The notes under the pieces: generated by a model
What the model was told of the DNA's origin: nothing
The model's database searches: none
Seen by the model: only the letters and a program-made list of their open reading frames with translations
Assembly: GCA_964016885.1 (NCBI GenBank)
Contig: OZ024750.1
Location: 13,888,001 to 13,952,000 of the forward strand
Direction of reading: 5' to 3'
Source: Eledone cirrhosa
Lineage: Eukaryota
Length of the DNA: 64,000 bases
Part shown: one piece after another, positions 12,888 to 26,320 of the stretch
How positions within the stretch are numbered: position 1 is the stretch's first letter
Layout: each line of letters opens with the position of its first letter
Translations under genes and position numbers: made by a program

Positions 12888-14195
12888 GTTTGATATCTGT
12901 TAGTAAAATAAGAGAAAATATTCTTAAATTGATATTTAAATAGTAAATAGTATTCATAAATATTAGACAATAGCTATGTATGTAAACATTGTATATGTAA
13001 ACACACATTGTATATGTAAACACATACTGTGTATATATATATATGTGTGTGTGTAAACATGTTGACCAAAGTTGTGGTTCTTGTTGGAGGTATGTTGAGA
13101 AGCTGTCTCCATCTCTCACACTCCACATAAGCGAGGCACAGATCCCTGACTTGCCTGGGAGATCAGTAGCTCCGCTTCAGTACTGGCTTGGTCTATGTAG
13201 CCGGAAAAACAGACGTTAAAACGACCATGATAATGTATATCAGTGACTTTTATAAACCCATCAACTGTGACAATAACAGCCAACTAACATATCTAAGTGT
13301 TAGTTCAATTATAAAGTAAACTAGGCCGTAAAGAGTTAAAGATAAAATACAGGATTTAGCCGAAGCTGCAAGAATTGCTAGGCCTGTTTTCATTGTGGCT
13401 ATTCAATGAAAGTGGTCATTGTTTTATTACACCAGTCTTCTAGATGGGTGTTATGGAGTTCTTGGGTGGAGGGAACGAGAGAAAACTAGTAATTCTTTAT
13501 TAATACACCCGTCTCCGTGAAATAAAAAAAATACATCTTACATTATCCAATGCGTGTGAATGTTTGGCAATCTAATGTAGAGGGATAGATGATTATATAT
13601 ATATATACCACAACAGAGGTCCGACAAGCTTTTGATTCCAGAGTCGGGTTAGATAGATACAGATCGAACATTGAGCTGATCATAATAGTGTCACTACTCA
13701 ATAAACGTAATGAAGACATAACATATCGTCCTTTTTATTATTATTACACTCTTAGTTCTGCACCAATATACTTACTGGAAACTATGCATCGAGTGGTCAC
13801 TCTGGTGAACCTACAGTAACTGGATGTTACATTCCCTATATATATACAATGATATTAAATAAACGGAAACTATATTTATAAAACCATATATATTCTATTA
13901 TATATATTTTAAGGCTACCAAAACTTTGGTACGCTTTCATCAGATAAAATACGAAGTGTTTTTTATAAATTTTGACATAACCAAGGAAAATACCTTAACG
14001 GTTCAAGTTTTCCTTGGATACTTATAAACATTTATACATTTATATTTGTTGAATTACCAACAAATTGAATATCCCTTCTGTTTATATATATATATATATA
14101 TATATATATGCAGAGGTTATATTTAATTTGTTGGGATTCAACAAGCTTAAACATTTTTATAACTGATATAAAGCACTCAACAGATAGTGGAGTAA

Positions 14196-14545
14196 ATACA
14201 CAATATATTAATAAATGGAAACTATATTTATAAAACCATATTTATTTTATTATATATATTTCAAGGGCAACCAAGGCAAATTATGGTGCGCTTTCATCAG
14301 ATAAAATACAGATTTATTTTATAAATAAATATTGACATACCCGGAAAAAAGACAGCCTTCCTATCCAGGAAGCTCCAACGGTTAAGGTTGTCTTTTTTCC
14401 GGGTATGTCAATATTTATTTATAAAACAAATCTGTATTTTATCTGATGAAAGCGCACCATAATTTGCCTTGGCTGCCCTTGAAATATATATAATAAAATA
14501 AATATGGTTTTATAAATATAGTTTCCATTTATTAATATATTGTAT
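14196..14545. repeat. Long inverted repeat (arms of about 160 bp), with a diverged third copy at about 13847-14020
   Basis: tacaca..atatattaataaatggaaac...ccggaaaaaagacagcctt is the reverse complement of aaggttgtcttttttccgg...gtttccatttattaatatattgta. Confidence 0.85.
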
Positions 14546-15253
14546 ATATATATATATATATATAGTATACGATGTGAATGGCGACAAAGAAGCACTGCTG
14601 GGGTTCGATGATAAATTATTTTGTGATTTCAACTAATCTGACCAACTCACTCGCTATTAAGATTTTTTTTTTCTAAAACGAAGTTGGAGTCTTTTTTCCT
14701 CTCTTGAAAATACACGACAAAAAAAAATAATAATAATAATTTCTCACCGAACCCAGAAGGTGCTTTTCTATACCAGGTTTTTGATGTTTTTAAGGAATAT
14801 GGCCTTTAAAACTGTCATTAGAGAGGTTGCCAAGTACTCGCGACGTTGCTGTCTTTTGCTCTGATGTTGGCTCCGTTGTTCACCCCTTCCTTTACATTTT
14901 CTTTAATATTGTAGCTATGAAAGGAATATATCTTTCATTGTATCATCCTTTGTAGTGTTACCGAAGCATTTGTTATGTTATTTATGTATATATTTAAAAC
15001 ATATTTGTTATGTTATTCTACCGTAAATTTATTTATATGCTCTGTTTATATTTTCATTCTGATGGAATTGCAAACGATTTGTAATGTTGTTTGTGCAACT
15101 ATGAATAAAAATTTTGTAACTTAAAATTGAATAATAGAGATAAAAAAAACTGTCATAATTATTTGTTGTCTGTTGTAACATCAATCGAGAACTCCATAAC
15201 ACCCATCATATAATAAATATATAATCAATTATTGATAGGAACCTTATAAATAT

Positions 15254-15442
15254 AATTGTTTCTACTTTTGGCACAAGGCCAGCAATTATACCAGTGCATT
15301 ACTGGTACTTTATTTTATCGACCCCGTAAGGATGAAAGGCAAAGTTAACCTCGGCGGGATTTGAACTCAGATCATAAAGGGAGGTAACTCTATGCTTCAA
15401 AGCATGGCGCCCGACCCTACCCGATACTGCCAATCCACCACG
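15254..15442 (-). mobile_element. tRNA-derived SINE copy (family 1)
   Basis: Near full-length reverse complement of the copy at 19795-19972. Confidence 0.85.
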
Positions 15443-17357
15443 CACAAATATATAATATATAATCTAGGAGACGAGAGTAATAAAATAAATTACCCCCATT
15501 TTTAAAACAGAAACATTTAATTCAACTTAAATAACAGATTCCAGCTGAATGTAGAAGAAATGTATATACATTAGCTAACAGATATTTCAAAATTAAAGAT
15601 TTTAAATATGTTATTGGCACCATTTCGAAGTGTCATGTTTTTCTATTCGTTTGATGCAAAATTAACGACCGTTTTTATAGATTGCTGTGCTGAATAGGAC
15701 CCGTCCAACCCTTGGAAGCAGGGAAAACGGATGTAAAATGATGATGATCAATGTTTGACTAAATATTAAATTCCTTATTATTATTATTATTATGTAATTT
15801 TATCCTATGAATATATTTGAGTATTTTAAAATAAAATAATTTTTCAATTCTTAGGAAAATTATATCAAGATTTACAAAGGGTATTAGATATCTTTCTCGG
15901 TCTGTCATGGCTTATCAGCTCTACACGGACGTTTAAATTGATTAAATAAAATCTAAATAACTAAATAAAATTAATAAATGAATTGCGGTGAAATTTTTTT
16001 TAAAACCCACCAAACTAAAATCAAAATATATTTTTAATTATCATTCTGGAGCATAATTGCAGTCTACTTCAATAACTGCTTCCCATGGCTTTAAACCCTC
16101 TTCTTCGCCCATTTATTCCAGAGAAGGTCGTTGGGACAGAGTCCTCAAAAACTCCTTCCAGCGGGTCCTGTCAGAAGCAACCGTCTCCAACAGATCCAGC
16201 TGGATCCCCAAGCGTGATCAACTAAGCTCATGGATGTAATCCATCCATCCATCTTGCTCTGAGTCTACCCTTTATTATCATATAACAAATATATAAGATT
16301 AACTAGAAGTACATACATGTATTGGCACATAACAGCAGTTGTTAATTAAATTAATCTAAAATAAAATCGGTCGTTAATTTTGCATCATCCCAATATTTAC
16401 AATAACCATAACTAAAATGGATAATCAAATTAGATCACGACAGTTACACCGATCCTTTATAATATATAATTGTTTTATGTCATATATCTCCCTTATAATA
16501 TATAATCGGTTTCTCTAATTTCATATCTCCTTTAAAAAAATACCGCAAATGACAGCTTCTCTAATCGGCGCTGATTATATCTAAATTGACTGTTAATAAG
16601 TCGAATATAGCCAGGCTACTTCTAAACTTCTAGATGTAAAAAAAAATATTAATTATACAAATTATATATTTACAAATGAATTTTTTTTTAAAACCTGCAA
16701 TACATAATTTAACAACAAAAAAATTATATATATACGCGCGCACACACACACACACATTATATGGACGTTAAACGATGATGATGATCATATATATATATGC
16801 ACACACAAGTTTAAACGAAATATAACGATTAACGATATAAACCTATTGTATAATTGATGCTCTAAATTAATGTTCATGGAGGTTATTTTTTATCGAGAAA
16901 CAATCGATATATTTTTTATATATATTGATTAAACCTAAATTTAATATATATATTAAATACTAAACAAATAAATAATTATTTCTACTTTTTGGCACAAGGC
17001 CAGCAATTATCCCAGTGTTACTAATTAGTCTTATAATACAAAACAAAATCTGTACAAAATATATAAGATTACATCTTATATATTTTGTTATATTTGCAAT
17101 ATTTATACAATTGTGAATAAAGCATCGTATTTACAAATTATAAATATAAGTAATCATTAAGTATCGTATATATTATTTGAATCTATATTTTCCTTCTGTA
17201 AGAATTATAAATAATTGGTAATGTCATTTATACAATCGTGCATAAAGCTTTGTATTTACAAATTATAAATAAATGCCAACAGAATACATTTATACGCTTC
17301 AAATACAAACTTAACAAATATATATAAACAACAAAAAGGGTTGGAAAAACTACTCAC

Positions 17358-17480
17358 TTCAATGCGGAAAATAGTTAAAAAAATAAAGACTAAATTTTAA
17401 ACAACAACATAGTTTAGAAAGTAGAGTGTTTAAACGAGACGGTTTGAATCAACCGCCATTCACTGCTGTACATGCGCAGT
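17358..17480 (-). promoter_or_regulatory. Probable KNL1 promoter and non-coding first exon
   Basis: Donor GAAG|gtgagt at 17357. Locally CpG-richer, with a CHR-like TTTGAA (17443-17448), a YY1-like ATGGCGG and an NRF1-like CATGCGCA (17471-17478). Confidence 0.55.
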
Positions 17481-17504
17481 AGCATTTATAATATTGGTTT
17501 ATTG

Positions 17505-17702
17505 CTTAGAGCGTCGGACATAATGCTTCGCGGCACAGAGTTATGCCCCTTTATGTTCTGAGTTCAAATCCCTCCGAGCTTAGCTTTGCCTTTTATCTTT
17601 ACGAGGTCGATAAATTAAAGTATTAGTAATGCACTGGAATCGATTTAATCGACTTTCCCCTCCCCCAAAATTGTTGGCCTTGTGCCTGAATCAGAAACCA
17701 TT
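17505..17702 (+). mobile_element. tRNA-derived SINE copy (family 1)
   Basis: agagcgtcggac...ctgagttcaaatcc...ggccttgtgcctgaatcagaaac. Confidence 0.8.
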
Positions 17703-19457
17703 GTATATTTCTTTACTCACTTTATGATAGCTTTACACATTTTATAATAGATTTACACACTTTATTGTAGCTTTACACAGTTTATTGTAGCTTTACACAC
17801 TTTATAATAACTTAGCATCACTCAGTAAGACCTTTGTCAGCTGCTCTTCAGCTATCTATTTAAAGCTGTCTATAGCTATGGTGTAGCCAACTTAAAATTT
17901 GCATCACCCGTCTGGAACCCCTGTCTTTAAACAAATAGGAGGAATTTGTATCATGTAGTCCTAGATATACTAAGTCTAAAAAAAAAAAGATGGGATGGTC
18001 ACAGCTGCAAGCCAGATTAGAGTTAGCCTGAGGCACAACAATGAGGATTTCTAAATCAACAATTTAGTGTTGGGCAAGTTAAAGTTGATTATATCAATCC
18101 CAGTACTTGACTGGTACTTTAATTTACTGACGTCGGAAGGATGAAAGGCAAAGTTGATCTTCACAATATTTAAACTCAAAATGGAGATAAGTCATAACTA
18201 AATATCACAAAGTATTTTGTCTGCTGCTCTACAGATACTGCCTATCCACTGCCTTCTGAGGCTAAACAACAATGGTTTCTGACAGCTCACAGTTAGGTGA
18301 ATTCATATCTTAAAAGCTAAATATCTTGGTCATATAAACAATACACCATCATTTACATGATACAAATTGCCAATTCTTCATTTATGTCACAAATGGTTAT
18401 ATGTTAGCAAAATCACATTCATCTGACATCCTATAAATTGGGTCAGCTTCTTTTTTTATACAAAACATGACATTTTAAACTTCTTTTCTACTGTGGGTAA
18501 GAGCATACAATTCATGTGTTGGTTTTTATGTCCACCTTTCCATGCCAGCATGGATTGGCTGCAGTGTTTTGAGAAAATGGTTTACAGCTGGATGCCTTTC
18601 CTGGCACCAACCCTTTTCATCGCCTCTTATGACATACAGAGATATGGTGTATCTATTCTAAAATCCAGGATACATATGGTTTATATATCTGTGTGTATAT
18701 ATATATATATCAGGGAGGGCTCTTTAGTTGTGTCAAGGACATGACAGCCTCCCTAGTGCTGGTAATCTACACAATAAAAACACCCAGTACATACTGTTAA
18801 GTGGTTGGTGTTAGGAAGGGCATCCAGCTGTATGTAGAAAGCTTGCTAAACAAGGGGTTAGGAGGACCCTTCAGTTTGTGTGAAAAGATATGACAACTTC
18901 TCTGTACTCTGTATGACTGTACACAAGTGGGATACAGACCTCCTTGGCCTATCTGAGACGTCAGTGACCCCACTTCAGTACTGGTACAGTTTGACTGAGA
19001 TATCATGAAACAATGAGTGAGAACCTAATGCCAACCCTTTCTGATACACAAGAATATGGTGTATCTATTCTAAAAACTATGATACACATAGTTCATTAGT
19101 TCATGTTAATAAAATATCAATAAATTCATTGAATAATAAAGACGAATCTGTTGATAAAGTTGATAAAAACTGTTTTGCCCTTTATATTAACAATAACAAT
19201 CATAAGATAACTGTGCATTCGATCCCCCCACCACCACCACTTGATGAGAAGAGTAATTTAGCTATGGATCTATTGACCTTTTCCATCTTTCACTCAATAA
19301 ACTCAAGTAGCAATCAATATATATTGCTTTGTTTTACTGTTATGTCTGCAAATTGCTATAAGAATTATCACACAGATCTCCGTTAAAACCAAACACAAGC
19401 TTTTCTTTCAATTCAAATAAGATTTTTATGCAGACTACTATTATCATCAGTAACGTG

Positions 19458-20657
19458 AGGGCAGTGGATAGGCCGTGTCGATAGAGCATTGAAAAACATG
19501 CTTTGTCACATATAGTTGTGTCCCTTTATATTCTGAGTTCAAGTCCTAACGATTACTTCCAATCCACCTTCCTGTGGTAATAATGGTTTCTTATATAGGC
19601 ACAAAGCCAGCATTTGGCCAGTGGTAATAATTGTTTCTACTTTTGGCACAAGGTCAGCAATTATCCCAGTGTATTACTGGTACTTTATTTTATCGACCCC
19701 GTAAGGATGAAAGGCAAAGTTAACCTCGGCGAGAAAGACTAATACTAGCGACGTCACGTCAATGTGACAAGGGTTTTCTATCTTTCGTTTATTAATTTGG
19801 CAGTATCGGTAGAGGGTCGGACGCCATGCTTTCAGCATAGTTACGTCCCTTTACGATCTGAGTTCAAATCCCGCCGAGGTTGACTTTGCCTTTCATCCTT
19901 ACGGGGTCGATAAAATAAAGTACCAGTAATGCACTGGGTAATTGCTGGCCTTGTGCCTAAAGTAGAAACAATTAATAAAACAAACAATTTTTTTATTCGA
20001 ATAAAAAACGGCAGAAAATACTACAAACAAGCTACATAGGTAAAGTGACTTCGGAAAGAATCAGCAATTTATCCCGTCTGAGAAAGGAGCCCCATGAGGT
20101 GGGATGGCTGTCGCTAGCCATTGTCTGTAGCAATGCCTTTGCTATTTTGTCCACGGGGTTCAGCTGAAACACCACTCTGATATAGGTGTAAAGTCCGTCA
20201 CCCTTTGCCCTGCCTCCTTTCTTTCCTTGCTTAATAATCTTTGCCCTTCTCCCTCATAATTTTTTTGTAATGCTACTTTCTTTTTCTTTGATTGATTTTT
20301 GTTAATTTGTTTCCTTTGAATATTTTATCTTCATTATATGTTACGGCCCTTTATGGTCTGAGTTCAAATCCCGCCGAGGTTAACTTTGCCTTTCATCCTT
20401 ACGGGGTCGATAAAATAAAGTACCAGTAATGCACTGGGTATTTGCTGGCCTTGTGCCAAAAGTAGAAACAATTATATATATTACATAGGGCGGCGATTTG
20501 GCAGTATCGGTAGAGGGTTGCATAGTTACGTCCTATTACAGTCTGAGTTCAAATCCCGTCGAGGTTAACTTTGCCTTTCATCCTTACGGGGTCGATAAAA
20601 TAAAGTACCAGTAATGTACTGGGTTTTGCTGGCCTTGTGCCAAAAGTAGAAACAATT
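19458..20657. mobile_element. Cluster of about 6 family-1 SINE copies/fragments in both orientations
   Basis: Plus-strand copies at about 19458-19550, 19795-19972, 20340-20472 and 20488-20657; minus-strand pieces at about 19580-19620 and 19628-19731. Several are almost identical to one another. Confidence 0.85.
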
Positions 20658-20844
20658 ATATATGTTACATAAATTGTGTTTATATGTACAAAATGGAATA
20701 AATAAAAACATTACACCTGTAAATAAAAAAAGAAAGAAAATTTATTGATTTTTCCACATATAAAACAATGTGTAAGTCATCAGTTATTTCCCATTAAAAC
20801 TCTTTAGATCCAGGCGTAGGCGTTGAAAACATCGCACCAGCAGA

Positions 20845-23800
20845 ATGGAAATCGTTGATCATCCCATTGTATGCTATCTAAGTCTCATATTTTATCTTAT
20901 AAGCATATTTCTTCATAAGAATTCTAATTTGTTCTCGGTAGAAATTAGTTTACCTTTTTTTTTTTTTCGTTATCTATACTCAGTTTTGTTTATGTTGAAC
21001 TTTTCTGGGGGGTTTTTTTTTTTTACATCACGAATTGTTTATAATTCTTACAGAATGAAAATATAAACACAAATAATATATATAATTAATTATTGCTAGA
21101 AACCTTTACACAAACATATATAATCACAGAGAGAGAAAAAACAAAACAAAAATCGTAAATTAACAGTGATAACATACTTGATCATGTTATTTGAAAATTG
21201 TTTTTGCTTTTTACGTAATTTTTCTAATTCATAATGTTACTTATTGTGTCAAGAAATCTAATTTATTGCGTAACTAATAGTAAATATTTATAATTGGAAA
21301 ATGTGCACTGCATTTAATTTATAATAATTTCTCACACGTAATATTTATAGGCATAATCAGATGTAATTTTAATACTGATGATTTTAGCAATAAGGTAACA
21401 ACAGTAAGTAAAGCGCTAATGACTTCAAACAGGAATAGAAATCGATACGCTGAGCTTTTATCTTCTCTTATAAATTGTGTTGATATCGATCTGATTAACT
21501 CGAATTAAATATTTTGTTCATATATTCCGTTATAACTGAGCCAATGCAGACATCTCTGTAGTTGCTCGACCTACGAGAAATAAAAGCTACGTCTCTCTTT
21601 AATGACAACCTAACTTTTAAAAAAAGTAAAGTACAGAATATCTTAAATAAAGAGGAGTTGGTTGGCGTAATCATTATTGACCTGAGTCTAACAACACGAC
21701 TCTAAGCCAGTTTTAATTATGTCTGCAAATTATTTGTATGATACAAATTGTATCCCTCTAGCATATTTTTTAAAACTATTTGTCGTTGAATCTGCAGCGG
21801 GGAAGACTTTTGTCGGTCTTGGGTCCCGTACCACCATCAATCTATTCACTGCTACCGAGGGAAGAATTAGCCACATGCACGAATTGGAATTGTTATTTCA
21901 GCACGTCTCTCTCGCTATCATCTTGGGTAACACTTTCTCATCGTCCCAGCAGACAGATTTGAGAAGACATTCCCTAGGAGGAGGGCGAGGAAGACGCACT
22001 GGAACAGCCACTCCCAACACGTTGGGCTCGCTTTTATGGGAAGTCAACTCTACCTTGATAGCACTAAATAGGGATATGGTCTGGGGGCTCGCTTTTGCAG
22101 ATAGACAGCTTCACCCTGGTAGCAGTAAGTAGGGATATGATCTGGGAGGGGGGGGGGTCACTGTTGTGGGTAACCAACTCCACCCCAGTAACAGTGAGTA
22201 GGGATGTGGTCTGGGAGTTTGCTCTTGCAGATAGCCAGCTCCACCCTGATAGCAGTGAGTAGGGATATGATCTGGGGGTTTGCTCTTGTGGATAGCCAAC
22301 TTCACACCAATAACACTGAGTAGGGATGTGGTCTGGGGGCTCGTTCTTGCAGATAGCCAGCTTCACCCTAATAACAGTGAGTAGGAGTGTGGTCCAGTGG
22401 GCCAAGAACACCAGAAATCTTCACTCTTACAGGTTCAACTATAAATGGAAAAATAGTTTTCACATTACAGTATTCTAATTTTCATTATGTTAAAATATAA
22501 TTCTTTGTATTATACAATTTTTTTTAACACTTTTTACATTTATCTTATATTTATTTTAACAGTTGAAAAAGATAAAAAATTACAATATAACTGATGAAGC
22601 AGACACGTACATGGTTTTTCATGTATATATGGATCTTTGTGAAGGTAAGTGTAATTAGTAACATTATATATCGTTTGATGTATATCATAGAATAACCTTA
22701 TCAGGAAATTGTTGTAGGGTTTTAAGAGTCATCATCATCATGTCCCGCAACTGGTGCTGCCAGTCGTTGTGGGGCCACTCTAGACGCTTTCGCAGTCAGC
22801 CATCACCACTGGTCTCTATTCTCCATCATGTGTAGAAGGATGTCAGTGTTAAGTTTTTGATTTTGTCAGACCAATATTTTCTTTGTCTGCCTCTTCTTCA
22901 CCTTCTTTCGACTGTGCCCTGAAGGATGGATTTGGACAAGGAGTTATGGCAAGACACACAATGATATCAGGCAAGCTTCTGTCTTTTTGCCATCGCAAGG
23001 AGTGGTTCCTGTCTGCCAGCATATTTGTGATTTGAGGTCAGCTCTCACAACCTCTATCCAAGTCTTTCTTGGTTAACCTCTATTGTGACTTCCTTCCACT
23101 GGCATTTCCTATCATTTCTTCACCCATATAATGTTTAATATGTGAATGTGTATAGTCTGTATATGTTGCAAGGAAACATATCTAGTAATTTGCAATTAGT
23201 GTGTGAAAGAATAGGCAGAGAACTTTATGAAAATGTGGTGGTAAGGAAATGACTGACAAGTTCCCAGACTTCACTCACTTACTGAGTGGGGTGGAACCAA
23301 GGAAACAATGTTTTCATTGCTGATACTATATACATACAGGTCGTAAGATGGGGTGGGGGTGTCATAATAAGCAAAACCAGTTTGTGTTTATTTATTTATT
23401 ATTTTATTGTATATTTATGTTTAAAGGGGATTTCTTCTGCGAAGACCTTCTACTGTCCAGCTCTCCTGAGAGTTTCTTACAACTGTTTCACAATGTTTCC
23501 CATTATCTTCAGTTAGTTAGTACTTATGTTTTTATTTAATTATTTCATTTACTTTTTACTTATTAATATAGCAAGATAGGCAGATGATTGTAAATACTAA
23601 GTCTTTTCTTGGTGATAAGTGACTTCAGTATAAGAGGTAGATCATCATCATCATCATTTTATGTCTGCTTTTATATGCTTACATGGGTTGGACAGGTCTT
23701 TTCCAGCTCAGCATTCCTCCACTCATCACAGTCCTTCATCATTCCCTCTGTGAGCTTCTGTGATTTAAACCAGCTGTATCCGACCAGAATTCCCTCACCT

Positions 23801-25204
23801 CTTTCTTTTCAAACTGGCTGTAACTGGCCACTCATACTGATGTTAAGGTATTGTTCTCAAAATAAATATCATCAAAATCTCATAGATTCAATATTATGTG
23901 AGGTAAAAATATAATAGTAAATATAGAGTAACGTAAATGCTAAAGGGTTAAGGCCAGTTGTCCATGGGAATGTCTGTATGCAGATGACTTAGTTTTCATA
24001 GCTGAACTTACAGAAGAGTTAGACAATTCCAGACATGGAAGTAAAACCTAGAATCAAAAGGTTTCAGAATAATTCTATGAAAGACCAAACTTTGAATAGG
24101 TAGGAAAGAAATCAATTTTCAACAATAGAGCACTTGTGTCCTCATCAAGGCTGGAGAGGCAGTTTTAGGGGAGAAAGTACAAGGGGCTACATGTTGCTTG
24201 CTGAGAGATGGGTGATAGGGAAGGGTAGTCATAAGAGTAACTCTACCCATACAGTGTAAGGTACACCCATCTTTTTCTCTAGAATTTCCCTATTGCTTTT
24301 CTTATGTTCCTTTTTGTTATTTTGTTGCAGCAGCAATTATACTTAACTTTTAATGCTTTTTCAGGCCATTTAAACATTTAAAAAATATATATATTTTTAT
24401 ATTTTATTTTCAGTTCAAAATTGGTGGAATGTCCGGGTCCATATGTGTCCTGAATTGAATTTATTGTTCCTCTCAGGTCATCCAAACTGTAGTGAACCAC
24501 AAGAAATTGTTCTACCTATTGAATGTACAAAACAAATTAGCCCACAAGATTTAAAGAAATATACCTCATATCTTAAAGTAGAAAAATGCCCAAATGACAG
24601 GTAAATTCATTTTGTATACTTGATGATGCTTATATATCTCTTTTACTCTTTTACCCGTTCCAGGCATCCAGCTGAGGCCATGCTGGGGCACTGACCTTTA
24701 TATATTTTATTATTGTTATTATTATTATAACTGTGAAGTTACTCAAGGAACTCCAAGGCTTTGAGTTTTGTGCTAAGGGCACATTTTATACAAGTTTGAA
24801 AAGCATCCTGAGGCATGAAAATCCAGGTCCTTGAGTCAGTAGAGTGGTGTACATTTTATTATTGCTTCAAAGCAACAATAAAATATACATCACTCTATAT
24901 AGTAGTTCAATATATAGTTCTATATAGTAGTTCAATGATCATGAAAATATAACTTGTTTAAAATAATATTGCTTTTTCCTATGTTTGATTAAAGTTTCAA
25001 CTTTTCTTTTTCAGTTTAACTGTGGCAGTTTATGAAAGTGATTCAACTATTGTATACCTCCGAGTCAAAGCAGGTCTTCTATTTCCCAATAACCCTGACA
25101 CTGAAGCTCACTCATCTCATGCTGTGTGGAACAGAAATCTTTTTATGTCTCAAGAAGAAAAAGATTTCCATTTTTATCAATTTCAACAAAAATACACTGG
25201 CTGA
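20845..25204 (+). CDS. TSEN15: tRNA-splicing endonuclease subunit Sen15
   Basis: Exons 20845-20868, 22563-22644, 24414-24600 and 25015-25204 join in frame (483 nt, 160 aa): MEIVDHPILKKIKNYNITDEADTYMVFHVYMDLCEVQNWWNVRVHMCPELNLLFLSGHP...QEIVLPIE...SLTVAVYESDSTIVYLRVKAGLLFPNNP. This matches the Sen15 hallmarks HP, VYxDL, W..V and ESDSTIVY. The first-exon ATG is the least certain part. Confidence 0.85.
21760..21945 (+). mobile_element. Degraded 3' end of a CRE-like (restriction-endonuclease type) non-LTR retrotransposon
   Basis: The translation ...TFVGLGSR...ELLFQHVSLAIILGN resembles the terminal FQRLSLAIxRGNA motif, also seen at about 62500. Confidence 0.5.
22068..22395. repeat. About 61-bp minisatellite, about 5 copies
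   Basis: tagggat(a/g)tggtctggggg...cagatagccagct.cacc..a.cagtgag repeated at 22069, 22130, 22199, 22260, 22321 and 22382. Confidence 0.9.
22735..23040 (-). mobile_element. RTE-type LINE 3' end remnant
   Basis: The minus strand resembles LAWYHCV.CHNSLSKSILQGTVER.RRRGRQRK.W; it ends in a (GAT)n tail. A related piece lies at 56470-56650. Confidence 0.6.
23765..23950 (-). mobile_element. TTAA-type MITE
   Basis: Reverse complement of the 63487 element; ends ...taaatgctaaagggttaa. Confidence 0.75.
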
Positions 25205-25989
25205 GTGTTGTAAAGAACATTCCAGATTTGATTCTATTCCAAACTAGCATTAATTCTTTTTTATGTTAGTTCTGAAACCTATAGCTGTTATCAAATACTA
25301 TAATGGCTTTCTTGAACAAGTTTTAATTTGTGCTAACATGGAAAGAAGAAAAAGCTACCAAAATGTGCACAGTGTTTGAAACAATACAGTATTAAAACAA
25401 TAATGTATATTAAAGTACCATTTCTTTTTTGTGTAAAAAAATACTTTAGTTACATTACTCTTACATTAATGGAGCTAGCATGTTTCAAGTAAATTCTCCT
25501 AATGTTTGAATTTATCAATCATTTCTTACCTTTATAGTATTGTTGAATTTATTGTCCTGATAAACCAAGTCTATAACTTGTTTTTCTATTCCCGTGTGAA
25601 GCTCTTTTGCTTTATTTACATTGCTAAAAAGCATGAATGACACATTTTCCCATTTTATTTCTACTATAAACCTCAGACTTTTTTTGTTCTTATTAATAAT
25701 GTAGAAAATATTGAATCAACCAAAGACGAAATACAGAATAAATTGTACAGATTGTTTTCTATGTGAAACACAGAATGGGAATATACATTCTTTATTTGTC
25801 AATTGTAAAATAGTTTAACTGTGACAAATCTGATTAGCAAAATAAACATTTTGTTAATATGAAGAAGTTTCGTTTTCAGCAGCATAAAACCTATTTCACT
25901 ACTTGAATTAAAGTAGTGTTGTTGCAGAAACCTCGCTCCTATAATGTAGAATGTTGAAATGTTTGGAATATAATGAAATGTTGATGAAA

Positions 25990-26320
25990 TACACATACAT
26001 TTGTGTGTAAGTCTATATATGCATACCTGCAAGTGATAGAGTATACATGCATTTGTGATTAAGTGTATATATATATGTACCTGCAAATGAGTGTGTTGAT
26101 TGAGTATACATACATTTGTGTGTATATGTGTACCTGCAAGTGAGTTTGTTGATGGAGTATACGTACATTTGTGTGTAAGTGTATATATGGACTACACATA
26201 TATGTGTACTTGTGAGTGTATATATGGACTACATATATTTGTGTGTAAGTGTATATATGTGTACTTGCAAGTGAGTGTGTTGATGGAGTATACATATATT
26301 TGTATGCAAGTGTGTCTACA
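25990..26320. repeat. Degenerate GT/AT-rich tandem repeat
   Basis: Recurring gtgtgtaagtgtatatat..tacctgcaagtgagtgtgttgatggagtata. Confidence 0.8.

Noticed and set aside
19795-19880. tRNA gene (A-box/B-box-like gagttcaaatcc), and likewise the other copies
   Set aside because: No cloverleaf can be formed, and each is followed by the same SINE body. These are tRNA-derived SINE heads.
21719-22132. 137-aa ORF as a nested gene in TSEN15 intron 1
   Set aside because: It is a chimera of a degraded CRE-like LINE end and the start of a minisatellite.
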